Of a stretch of 64,000 nt of DNA, positions 29,988 to 38,556 are shown piece by piece. Position 1 is the first letter of the stretch, and each line of letters starts with the position of its first letter. The stretch is taken from positions 2,176,001-2,240,000 of the forward strand of contig CAXXVL010000002.1 in assembly GCA_963667845.2 (NCBI GenBank). Reading direction: 5' to 3'. The stretch comes from Smithellaceae bacterium (GTDB lineage: Bacteria; Desulfobacterota; Syntrophia; Syntrophales; Smithellaceae). Under the pieces are notes generated by a model that ran no database searches, was not told the origin of the DNA, and saw nothing but the letters and a program-made list of their open reading frames with translations. Both the position numbers and the translations under genes were made by a program.

Positions 29988-30245
29988 GGGTATCTCCTTT
30001 CGCGAATGGCTGAACATGACTAAATCCTGCCCGCAGAATCAGACAGTTATTTATTAAAAGCAAACAGCCCGATCCCGCAGCTCACTCACCGTAACGAGCT
30101 TTTGGCGAAGCGGGCGAATAGTGAATCGTTAATGTCTTTCATTAGGTTCAGGAGACGGTTTCAATTACTTTGAAAAGAAAGGGGGAAATAAAGTAATAGA
30201 ACCATCTCCGTCGGTTTCCCTTGAGTCACCTGCCTAAGCTGCCGG

Positions 30246-30800
30246 TTATTTTTTCATTTTGGTAAATTTCGAACCTTCCAGCGAGGCGCCGGCAATCAGC
30301 CCTTTCTGGCCAAAGACAAATCCCACAACAGGCTGCTTGATTTTCATCGTGTTGATGGATTCGTCTACACCGACATTGATCACGGTCACTTTGGCATCCA
30401 CACCGGCTTTCCAGTTCTTGCTGTTACGGAATTTCTTCAGGACCGTTTTATCCATGAAAACCAGAATGATGTCTTTTTGCTCGCCGCCGATCTGGGCTCC
30501 GAAAGATGCAGAAGCGATGTTATAGTAGGCAACCGTTTTCCCTGAAATTCTCAAGGCTCCCTCGCCATACTCGGCGCCGACCACCAGTGCTCCCTGAATA
30601 ACCTTGGGGATGATCAGGACGCCCTTGGCGGCGTCCAGAAATTCCTGCGCGCCCTTGACTTCCTTGACAAAGCGTTCGAGGGAGGCATTAACGCTGGCAT
30701 CGATCTCACCTGCCGTGGCTGCGTAAGACGCAACCGGGAGGCTTCCTATAATCAAAGCCATACACGCGACAAAAAAAACTTTAACGCTTACTTTTTTCAT
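30246..30800 (-). CDS. YSC84/SYLF lipid-binding family protein, exported
   Basis: AKGVLIIP, GAEYGEG, SFGAQIG, GLIAGASLEGSK. Confidence 0.88.
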   Translation of the reverse strand: MKKVSVKVFFVACMALIIGSLPVASYAATAGEIDASVNASLERFVKEVKGAQEFLDAAKGVLIIPKVIQGALVVGAEYGEGALRISGKTVAYYNIASASFGAQIGGEQKDIILVFMDKTVLKKFRNSKNWKAGVDAKVTVINVGVDESINTMKIKQPVVGFVFGQKGLIAGASLEGSKFTKMKK

Positions 30801-30880
30801 TTTTATTTCTCCTTTTATTAAATGGGTTAGTAAAAAATTATTCAGGCCGGCGGCATCACGCTGCCCGATGATCCGGGAAA

Positions 30881-30969
30881 TTTTTGATCGGTCATTTTCC
30901 TGAACTGTGCCGCCATTTTTTCGCCGGCGGCCTTCTGCTTTTGCGGGAGCATCATCGCTTTAGCTTCTC
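30881..30969 (-). pseudogene. Frameshifted csbD remnant
   Basis: Minus-strand AAGCAGAAGGCCGCCGGCGAAAAAATGGCGGCACAGTTCAGGAAAATGA aligns by eye, with indels, to csbD AAGCTGAAGGCGCCGGTGAAAAGATAGCCGGCCTTGCTCAGGAAAAGA (48521-48700). Confidence 0.45.
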
Positions 30970-30992
30970 ATGCGATCTTCTGTTTATGGAAA

Positions 30993-31145
30993 TCAAATCC
31001 GTCCCAGTACCAGCAGGATGATCAAAATCAGAAGAATCAATCCGACTCCGCCGCTGGGATAATATCCCCAGCTCTTAGAGTGAGGCCAGGTCGGCAGTAC
31101 GCCAACGAGAATAAGAACCAAAATAACAATCAGTACGGTAAACAT
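30993..31145 (-). CDS. DUF3309-family small membrane protein (50 aa)
   Basis: MFTVLIVILVLILVGVLPTWPHSKSWGYYPSGGVGLILLILIILLVLGRI*; AAGGAGG RBS; absent from the ORF track. Confidence 0.92.
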   Translation of the reverse strand: MFTVLIVILVLILVGVLPTWPHSKSWGYYPSGGVGLILLILIILLVLGRI

Positions 31146-31271
31146 ATTTTTCCTCCTTTATCCGGACCCTTCTGACCGCACTGCCTCTGGCACACACGCA
31201 TGCCGAAAGCTGTATCTCTCTGATCAGATCGCTTGGGTCCAAAGTAAAATCCCCGCGATTTGTCCCCATGC

Positions 31272-31592
31272 TTAGGCGAGGTGATCTCTTATGTGTTTCA
31301 TGCGAAGAGTACGTGCGCCGACACCGAGGAGCAGCCCCAGTCCCATTCCTACCCCTAAAGAGATAAGGATGGTCTTGCCCGGATTCTCGCTGCTGTAGAT
31401 CCTGGTTCTGTCATACGTATCCTTCACCGCCCGGGATGTCTTATCGTAGGCGTCGGTGGCGGACTGTTCCACTTGCCCGTAAATTTTGGCGCCGCGTTCA
31501 ATAATTCTCTGAGCAGCAGCACCGGCGCTGTGGGGCTCTTCTTCTGCCGTTTCCTGTTTGTGGCCCTCGTCTTTGTTGCTTTTGCTATCCAT
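31272..31592 (-). CDS. ElaB/YqjD/DUF883-like tail-anchored protein
   Basis: Charged helical N-terminus followed by ENPGKTILISLGVGMGLGLLLG. Confidence 0.7.
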   Translation of the reverse strand: MDSKSNKDEGHKQETAEEEPHSAGAAAQRIIERGAKIYGQVEQSATDAYDKTSRAVKDTYDRTRIYSSENPGKTILISLGVGMGLGLLLGVGARTLRMKHIRDHLA

Positions 31593-31749
31593 GGTACCTC
31601 CTCAAGAATGTTCAAATGTGCTCTATTCATTGTAAATGGTTTGATGCATGCCCAACCCTGATAATGATTGCGCCACGTCCTGTCCGGATTTGAGTTCGCC
31701 GATCTTACTTGTTCGCATCTGTTCGGGTTCATTCTTTATCAACTGTTAT

Positions 31750-31897
31750 AGCAATTAACCTGCCAATAACTGCCGGGTAATTAGAAATGGGGATTGATCC
31801 TTTAATAACGGGGCATTGGATGAACAGGACATAACGGCACAAGGGACGAAATGATTCATGGGGCCTCCATATCTGGTGGAACCTCAATATACTGAGG
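31750..31897 (-). promoter_or_regulatory. Sigma-54 promoter cassette 4
   Basis: TTGGCAGGTTAATTGCT (31766-31750); IHF-like TAACGGGGCATTG at 31806; UAS CCTCCATATCTGGTGG at 31864 and CCTCAATATACTGAGG at 31882. Confidence 0.9.
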
Positions 31898-32168
31898 GCA
31901 TGCTAAAGGAAGGTGAGCGGGCCATGCGAAAGAATTGATGATCGTATGAAGACCAAATAATTTGTTACGGAATATCGTACCCATCACATTTGTGCCTGAT
32001 CGCAAGGATAAGCCAGGGCATCGTATCACCGCAGGTCGTCGCTATGGTAGTTTCATCCCCCTGATGAGTTACATATGTTCTACTATTGTCTTCTCTATTC
32101 CATACGGATAAATGTGTGGGCAATGAATGACTGGTACTTTTTCCTCTTGAATTAACGTCAGCGAAGGT

Positions 32169-33398
32169 GTGGATATGAACAATGATCATTTAGAAGGTAG
32201 AAGGGAGACGTCGTCCAATCGTCCGGACCAGAGGTATCACTGGCATTTCCAAAATGATTCCGAGGCCGGCGATGGCGGACAGCGAAACCCGTCGCGTCAT
32301 CACGCGCGCTATCTCAATACAGGCGAACTGGAACAGCTGGTCGGGGACCGGACGCTTGATTTTCAGCAGACTCATTCTGAAGACAACGCATTAAAAGAAC
32401 AGCCCGGGGCTGAAAATATTTACTTTCGCCATAAGAGTAAAACACAAAATATATTTGACGATATTATCGGGCAAAGTGATGGCCTCAAGTACGTTCTTTA
32501 CCGGGCAAAGCAAGTTGCTCCGCTCAACACAACCGTCCTCATCCTGGGTGAAACCGGTACGGGGAAGGAACTGATCGCTTCCGCCATCCACCGTATGAGC
32601 CCCCGCAGGGAAAGGCCATTGCTCACAGTCAACTGTGCCGCTCTGCCCGCCAATTTAATTGAAAGCGAATTGTTCGGCCGCGAGAAGGGCGCCTTTACCG
32701 GAGCCGATGTCCGCAGGGAAGGCCGATTCGAGGTTGCTGACGGTTCCACGCTCTGCCTGGACGAGATCGGGGAGCTGCCGCTGGAAATGCAGGGAAAACT
32801 GTTGAGGGTGATTCAGCACAACGAATTTGAGCGCCTGGGCTCTGCCCGTACGATCAAGGTCGATGTGCGGATCATAGCAACAACCAATCGAGACCTCGAT
32901 GAAGAGGTCCGCCTGGGCCGGTTCCGGCAGGATCTTTACTATCGGCTGAATGTTTTCCCCATCACCATCCCACCCCTGAGACAGCGCAAAGATGACATTC
33001 CTCTGCTGGCCCAGGCTTTCCTGGAAAGGTACGCCGATAAATTGGGCAAACAAATCTCGTCAATCCACATGGAGATGATGAAGGCTCTGCAGGAGTATGC
33101 GTGGCCGGGAAATGTCCGGGAGTTGGAAAGCATCGTTGAACGGGCAGTGATTTTGTGTCCCGGGCCGGTTTTGCATCTGATCGATAAACTGGAGATTTCA
33201 TCCGCGATTATCTCATCCGTCGTGAGGACTTTGGCGGAGATTGAGCGAAACCATATTTTAAAAATCCTTTCGGAAACCGGGTGGCGGATTGAGGGGAATC
33301 AAGGCGCCGCAACGATCCTGGGCATTCGTCCGAGTACTTTAAGGGCGAGGATGCTTAAGCTTGGGGTAGCCCGGCCGGATGTTTCTTCTCGGGCATAA
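32169..33398 (+). CDS. Sigma-54 enhancer-binding protein lacking a sensory domain
   Basis: GETGTGKE, GAFTGA, LDEIGE, WPGNVREL, Fis-type HTH; only about 95 aa precede the AAA+ domain. Confidence 0.92.
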   Translation: MDMNNDHLEGRRETSSNRPDQRYHWHFQNDSEAGDGGQRNPSRHHARYLNTGELEQLVGDRTLDFQQTHSEDNALKEQPGAENIYFRHKSKTQNIFDDIIGQSDGLKYVLYRAKQVAPLNTTVLILGETGTGKELIASAIHRMSPRRERPLLTVNCAALPANLIESELFGREKGAFTGADVRREGRFEVADGSTLCLDEIGELPLEMQGKLLRVIQHNEFERLGSARTIKVDVRIIATTNRDLDEEVRLGRFRQDLYYRLNVFPITIPPLRQRKDDIPLLAQAFLERYADKLGKQISSIHMEMMKALQEYAWPGNVRELESIVERAVILCPGPVLHLIDKLEISSAIISSVVRTLAEIERNHILKILSETGWRIEGNQGAATILGIRPSTLRARMLKLGVARPDVSSRA

Positions 33399-33532
33399 AT
33401 CCTGATCCTTTCTGGGAGCTGTGTTTCATAAAGCCGTTTATCGGCTTTCCGATTCGAAAGGGTGGTGAACAGGACCATGCCGATCGGCGCTCCTGTCTGA
33501 GACCGGAGTGCCGCCTTACTTTAGCGTTCGTC

Positions 33533-33892
33533 TTACTTATTCTCTTTATCCAGCTTAGCCGCAGCTTCCGTCGTGGACACGGTTTTGCTCATAAAAAACA
33601 GCTTGACGATGCCCCAGGCAATCAAAAGGAAGACGAACATGGCGAGCAAGGTGGTCCATTCAAAAGTGCCGCTTTCGACCTTTGTGGCATTAAAGACCTT
33701 GAGAAACGGTGCCGCAAAAGGATAGCTGACTGCGTAAATAAATCTGCTGAACCCGGCCTGCGGGTTGGCGGCAAGCAGTTTTAAAAAAAACCGAAAAGCC
33801 AGCAGCACTTCGATGAGACCCAGAATGTACCAGACAGCCTGCGTGCCGCGGTACAATGGTTTGGTCGTGGGTGAGGTGTATGACGAATCCAT
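33533..33892 (-). CDS. YggT-like membrane protein
   Basis: LLAFRFFLKLLAANP..F..FIYAVSYPFAAPF. Confidence 0.75.
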   Translation of the reverse strand: MDSSYTSPTTKPLYRGTQAVWYILGLIEVLLAFRFFLKLLAANPQAGFSRFIYAVSYPFAAPFLKVFNATKVESGTFEWTTLLAMFVFLLIAWGIVKLFFMSKTVSTTEAAAKLDKENK

Positions 33893-34003
33893 ATATTTTC
33901 ATCTCCATCTTTCATTTTGTTGAACGTCTGTGACAACTTCCTACGCTTCTCAGAATAAATCTCTGATTCGCATCATAAAATGATCATGCAATTGTAATGG
34001 TGC

Positions 34004-34152
34004 AGCAAGTAGCCTGCCAATAGTCACAGGAGAGTCGGAATTTTAGATTGATCCTTTAATAACAGGGCATTGGATTGAAACGAGAGAAAAACAGAAAAGT
34101 GTGAAATGATTCTTTTGGCCTCAATATCTGGCGGAACCTCAGTATATTGCGG
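34004..34152 (-). promoter_or_regulatory. Sigma-54 promoter cassette 5
   Basis: TTGGCAGGCTACTTGCT (34020-34004); IHF-like TAACAGGGCATTG at 34060; UAS CCTCAATATCTGGCGG at 34119 and CCTCAGTATATTGCGG at 34137. Confidence 0.9.
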
Positions 34153-34301
34153 GACGCAGGGGATTGCACATTCCATCTATGGCAGCGATCAAGAAAACGA
34201 TTTCTCAGCTCTTTATCGAAAATATATTGAGCATGGCACCCCAATAGTGCATCCATTGGTTAGATAATCAGGCTCTCTCGTTTTTTGTCGAGAGTAAATC
34301 A

Positions 34302-35852
34302 TTAGATTCTTTCTGGCAATTTGCTGTGAACGAAATCGTAAAAGTGATGATACTGAGCAAGAAAGCTGAATGCCCGCCTCATCTGCCCGGGATTGACCTT
34401 CCCCGTTTCGATCACGGTTTTGAAAAAAACTTTCCGCTCCGCAGGCGCTGCCAGGAACAGAAAGTATATAAACATTCTTATGCCATGGGAAAATTGTCTG
34501 CGGTCAAATTTTTTATGAACGTACAAAACGTTTTGGTATTCCACTTGCCCGAGCCAGCCTTGCAGCCTTGTGTGGAAAGTATCCGGATCGTATATCTTCT
34601 TAAACAGCTCGCAGTAATGGCTCAAGAGAGCTTCGCGGCTTAGCTGCTTGGGAATAATGTTTGTATCCAGCTGCCATTCACCGGAAAAATCGTCGCCGAC
34701 AAGACGATTCTCTTTTTCCAGGCGCTGATAGAGAGGCGTATTTCTCGGCGCGTTGAGCAGGCTGATGCCGGCAATCGGGCTGTTGGTGCGTGTGATAAAA
34801 TCGTCGAGTTCGGCAAAGACGCTTTCATCATCATGATCGAAACCGACGATCATTCCCAGAAACGGCATAATGCCGTAACTGGAGATCCTCTTGATCCGCT
34901 CGAAAATGTCGAATCTCAAATTAAGATATTTTTTTACTTCTTCCAGACTTTTGCGCCGCACGGTCTCGACGCCGAGAAACAAAACGGAAAAGCGGGCGTC
35001 AGCGCACATCCGCAGCAGTTGTTCGTCATCTGCAATTTCCACCGTGATCTGCGTGGAAAAGGAAAGCGGACGGGTTTGGGCTGTGTTCCATTCAATGATT
35101 GCGGCAAGCAGCTTCCGGGCAAAAATTTTGTTTGCCAGGAAATTATCATCAGAGAAAAAAACAGTCCGGGCTCCCATGGCGTGAGCGTTTCCCACTTCCA
35201 GCATGACCTGTTCTATTGATTTGGTGCGCGGCTTTCTGCCCATGTACTGAGTGACATCACAAAACTCGCAATGATTGGGACAACCCCGGCCGGTCTGCAC
35301 GCTAATATTGATGTAATCCTTCACATCAATCAGAGACCAATCGGGCGCCGGGCTGTCTTTCAAGTCGATGTAGGTCTTTTGATGATAAACGGGCCGCGCG
35401 CATTTTTTAGCCCATTGATGAAGAAATACAGGCCACGTATATTCCGCCTCACCGATAAAATGATAATTTGCGAGCCCCGTGCATTGATCGTGGTTGATGC
35501 TGGCATAAGCGCCGCCCAGAGCGGTTTCCACTCCGTTCTTTCGAAATCCGTCGCAAAGTTCGTGTATCCTCTTTTTGTGCAGTGTCGATCCGGTGATCAC
35601 GGCCAGATCACATGGCATATTCCAGTCCAGTTCAGATACGTTTTCATCACACAGGACATATTCCACGTTTATTCCGGGCGGCGTCAGAGCCATCAGCGTT
35701 GGTAACGCGGCATTGGGCATGAGTGTTTTGGCACCAAGAAGCGCGGCTGTTCCCTGCATGGACCAGAAGTTTTCCGGATGCCGGGGTGCAATAAGGTATA
35801 TTCGTTTGAACGGATTGCCGATGCCGTAGCGCTTTGTTTTCATATCATTCAT
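34302..35852 (-). CDS. B12-binding radical SAM protein (HpnP/DUF4070-like)
   Basis: RGCPNHCEFC (CxxxCxxC), N-terminal cobalamin-binding-type domain (GGAYAS, GEAE), DDNF, IVGFDHD. Confidence 0.88.
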   Translation of the reverse strand: MNDMKTKRYGIGNPFKRIYLIAPRHPENFWSMQGTAALLGAKTLMPNAALPTLMALTPPGINVEYVLCDENVSELDWNMPCDLAVITGSTLHKKRIHELCDGFRKNGVETALGGAYASINHDQCTGLANYHFIGEAEYTWPVFLHQWAKKCARPVYHQKTYIDLKDSPAPDWSLIDVKDYINISVQTGRGCPNHCEFCDVTQYMGRKPRTKSIEQVMLEVGNAHAMGARTVFFSDDNFLANKIFARKLLAAIIEWNTAQTRPLSFSTQITVEIADDEQLLRMCADARFSVLFLGVETVRRKSLEEVKKYLNLRFDIFERIKRISSYGIMPFLGMIVGFDHDDESVFAELDDFITRTNSPIAGISLLNAPRNTPLYQRLEKENRLVGDDFSGEWQLDTNIIPKQLSREALLSHYCELFKKIYDPDTFHTRLQGWLGQVEYQNVLYVHKKFDRRQFSHGIRMFIYFLFLAAPAERKVFFKTVIETGKVNPGQMRRAFSFLAQYHHFYDFVHSKLPERI

Positions 35853-36094
35853 TGTCCTTTAAGAGTGGTTCTCGCATACGGCAGCGCTTTGCGGCGCGCA
35901 CCGTCTTGCCACCCTTTTCACAGGGGATAACATTCCAGGGCTGCCTGAGCCGAATGTAACGACCGGATTCCCTTCTCACCCATCAGGTTGCGTCGACCGC
36001 TTTGTGGGCCGTCAGATGCGCTGTGCCACGGTATCGATTCAAATAAGAACATTTTCAGAAAACTCCAATTTAGCGGAGAGTTTGAGTGCTTATG

Positions 36095-36154
36095 TTACAT
36101 ACCCGTTTCCTCGGGATCATTCTGATGATGCTCGGAGGACTTCGTAAGAAGGGC
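36095..36154. repeat. 60-bp direct repeat, copy A (copy B at 38234-38293)
   Basis: 56/60 identical by manual alignment. Confidence 0.9.
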
Positions 36155-36251
36155 AAGGAAAATGATTCAATTGAGCGTAAAGAAAGGAACAGGCTGAATT
36201 TTGAACGCAACCTGCCCCTTTCTTTTATCTTGCCTTCACGCCACTCATGCC

Positions 36252-37445
36252 TTACGGGAGAGGCACGGTGACCGTTGCAAACTGATTCACGGTAACCGCG
36301 GCGCCTGCAAACAATCTGCCTTCCACATCCGTCAGCGGTGACGGACTTACACCATTAAGGACAGTGATTGCCGCTGAATTGGCAATGACGGTGCCCTTGA
36401 AGTTTGAACTCACGCCAAGAGTTGCGGCAGAGCCGGCTATCCAAAACACGTTCTTGGCTTTCGCCTGATTGGCCAGAACAACTATGCTGTTGGATGCGGT
36501 TGTGAGTGCTGAGTTCGTCTGGAAGATGAAAACGGCACTGGCATCGCCCTGGGCGTCGAGGGTGATCGTACCGGTGAACCCGATCGGATCTGCGGTGCGA
36601 TATAGTCCTGGTCTATAGGTGGGGCCCGGCGTAAAGCCATCGCATACTGCCTGTGCCGCGGATATATCTGACGGGCTTGAAAGAGTGCAGGCGCCGGTTG
36701 CCCGGATCGAAGCCTCGGCGTACGCAGTCTGGAAATCGGTTTGTGCCTTCACTGCCAGAGCACCGCCGTTATTGATTACCCCGTTTTTCACGGTCGTACC
36801 CACAACACAGTTGTTGCATGCAGCAGCGGGATTAAGCCCGACATTCCCGTTAACCAATGAATTAACTGCGAGGGTGACCGAGGCGTTGCTGGCAAAAATG
36901 CCGTAGGTGCCGGCAGTTCCAAGATTTACCGGCGCCTGGCCCGCGGCTAAGGACGTTCCTGTCTTAAATTCCCATTTATAGCTGCAGCCAAGTGATGTGC
37001 CCCCGGCATTCTTAGCGTACTTGGTAATAATCGCAGTATACCAACTATCGCCATTTAGAGCTGCGTCGGGCGTAAAGGTCGCGACCGTATTTGACAAACT
37101 CATGGCGACGGTACCTTTTGTGTTGGTTGCTTCGTTATTATCCCTGAGCGTAAACGTGAGTACCTCCGGGTTTGTGGAATTGGTTACTACGATCGTTGTC
37201 GGATCCATCGCCTCACTGAAGTTAACTGTGATCACTTTGCTTCTCGACACACCCTCATCGTTATTAGTCGGATTTGACGAAAGAACCTTGGGTCCCGCTT
37301 CAGTACATGTGCCGGGGAGAACATTGTCGCTCAGGGCTCTTGCCAGCGCCGCCTCATCACTACCACCGCATCCTGTAATGAACCAAACCCCCAAGATTAA
37401 CATAACGACTGCAACATAAACCTGCCTGGTCTTAAATCTTTTCAT
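36252..37445 (-). CDS. Lipoprotein with an Ig-like (Big_5) domain and a DUF3494 ice-binding-type domain
   Basis: Lipobox ITGC; FSEAMDPTTI; ITLDAQGDASAVFIFQ, AKNVFW, SAATLG. Confidence 0.88.
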   Translation of the reverse strand: MKRFKTRQVYVAVVMLILGVWFITGCGGSDEAALARALSDNVLPGTCTEAGPKVLSSNPTNNDEGVSRSKVITVNFSEAMDPTTIVVTNSTNPEVLTFTLRDNNEATNTKGTVAMSLSNTVATFTPDAALNGDSWYTAIITKYAKNAGGTSLGCSYKWEFKTGTSLAAGQAPVNLGTAGTYGIFASNASVTLAVNSLVNGNVGLNPAAACNNCVVGTTVKNGVINNGGALAVKAQTDFQTAYAEASIRATGACTLSSPSDISAAQAVCDGFTPGPTYRPGLYRTADPIGFTGTITLDAQGDASAVFIFQTNSALTTASNSIVVLANQAKAKNVFWIAGSAATLGVSSNFKGTVIANSAAITVLNGVSPSPLTDVEGRLFAGAAVTVNQFATVTVPLP

Positions 37446-37617
37446 GTGTTCTCCTTTTCAATATTATTAAATTAATGATTGTTTATGAAGAGCCTTCTAC
37501 TACTTACTTTGCGCCTCATTACCTCTTTAAAAAATTTCCTGCCTCTTGCTTTAGGGATACTTCCTTGCCGGGTAGAATCTTTTTTGCGTGAGATGGCCGG
37601 AGGCAAAAAATGTTAAT

Positions 37618-37765
37618 TGCAATCGACCTGCCAATAAGTGATGGAGAATCATAAACTTAGTTTATCCTATAATAACGATGAGATTCATGGGTAGAACAGC
37701 GTAATATAGAAGCAGGGAATAACCTGTTGGGCCTCAGTATTTGGTGGAACCTCAGTATGCTGAGG
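37618..37765 (-). promoter_or_regulatory. Sigma-54 promoter cassette 6
   Basis: TTGGCAGGTCGATTGCA (37634-37618); IHF-like TAACGATGAGATT at 37673; UAS CCTCAGTATTTGGTGG at 37732 and CCTCAGTATGCTGAGG at 37750. Confidence 0.9.
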
Positions 37766-38233
37766 GGTATATTGAATGTGGTGGACGTCCCGTCTGCATG
37801 ATGACGAGTTCACACGAGTCTTCAGCGCTTCTCGGCGGGACTGGACGAGGCGGATCGTGGGCACCGATAGGACCATACTCATTAGTGCCAGGAACCGTCT
37901 CCGGAAGATAATCTAAAGGAAGACAACCGGCGTCTTTAATGGTTCTTGATAGCAGGGAAGGAAGCCTCACAAATCATTCAGCAAAGGAACGACTAATGCT
38001 CCACCGAAGAGCTTCGGCACACTCCGGCTTTCAGCCACAACACAGGCGAGGCGAAACAGCGATGATCACCGCTAATGTTACGTTTGTCGCTGATATCATA
38101 ATCGGCGCCGGGCGCTTCTTTAACTAAAGCCGATATCTTCAGCTTTCCTCTTTGTGGAACCAGGCATTGAATCAATCGTCTGTGACAAATTCGTGATGCT
38201 GAATGCTATGCCATTCCGATAACGGGATTTTCT

Positions 38234-38416
38234 TTACATACCCGTTTCCTGGAGATCATTCTGATGATGCTCGGAAGACATCGTAAGAAGGGCGATAAAT
38301 CGCGGTTTGTATTCGATGCTCTGCAGATTGCCGGCAATAGTCCGGTTGAAAAAGCTCTCAATGTTTGTCTGAATCTGCTGCCACGCTTGATCTGAGTTCT
38401 GTTGATCCATGGTCAT
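38234..38416 (-). CDS. Small hypothetical protein (60 aa); its 3' end is direct repeat copy B
   Basis: GGGAGG RBS; lies downstream of the long operon. Confidence 0.45.
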   Translation of the reverse strand: MTMDQQNSDQAWQQIQTNIESFFNRTIAGNLQSIEYKPRFIALLTMSSEHHQNDLQETGM

Positions 38417-38431
38417 TGCCTCCCATTTTTG

Positions 38432-38530
38432 AATCCCGCTTAAGCGGGGCGAGCGTTAATTCCCTGTCGCTTGCTGCGATATAATAACTTTCATTTCATA
38501 CCTCGACAGCCTGCTGCGAGGTGGTTGATT
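38432..38530 (-). mobile_element. Dispersed ~99-bp palindromic element, copy 1 (PATE/MITE-like)
   Basis: Aligns to 45328-45426 and 55531-55594; minus strand begins AATCAACCACCTCGCAGCAGGCTGTCGAGG (bulged hairpin). Confidence 0.65.
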
Positions 38531-38556
38531 GAAGATGATAGTTGTTTCGGGTTTTT

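Noticed and set aside
38197..38214. Additional sigma-54-like box TGGCATAGCATTCAGCA on the minus strand
   Set aside because: GG-to-GC spacing is 11 rather than 10, and there is no UAS at the expected distance.
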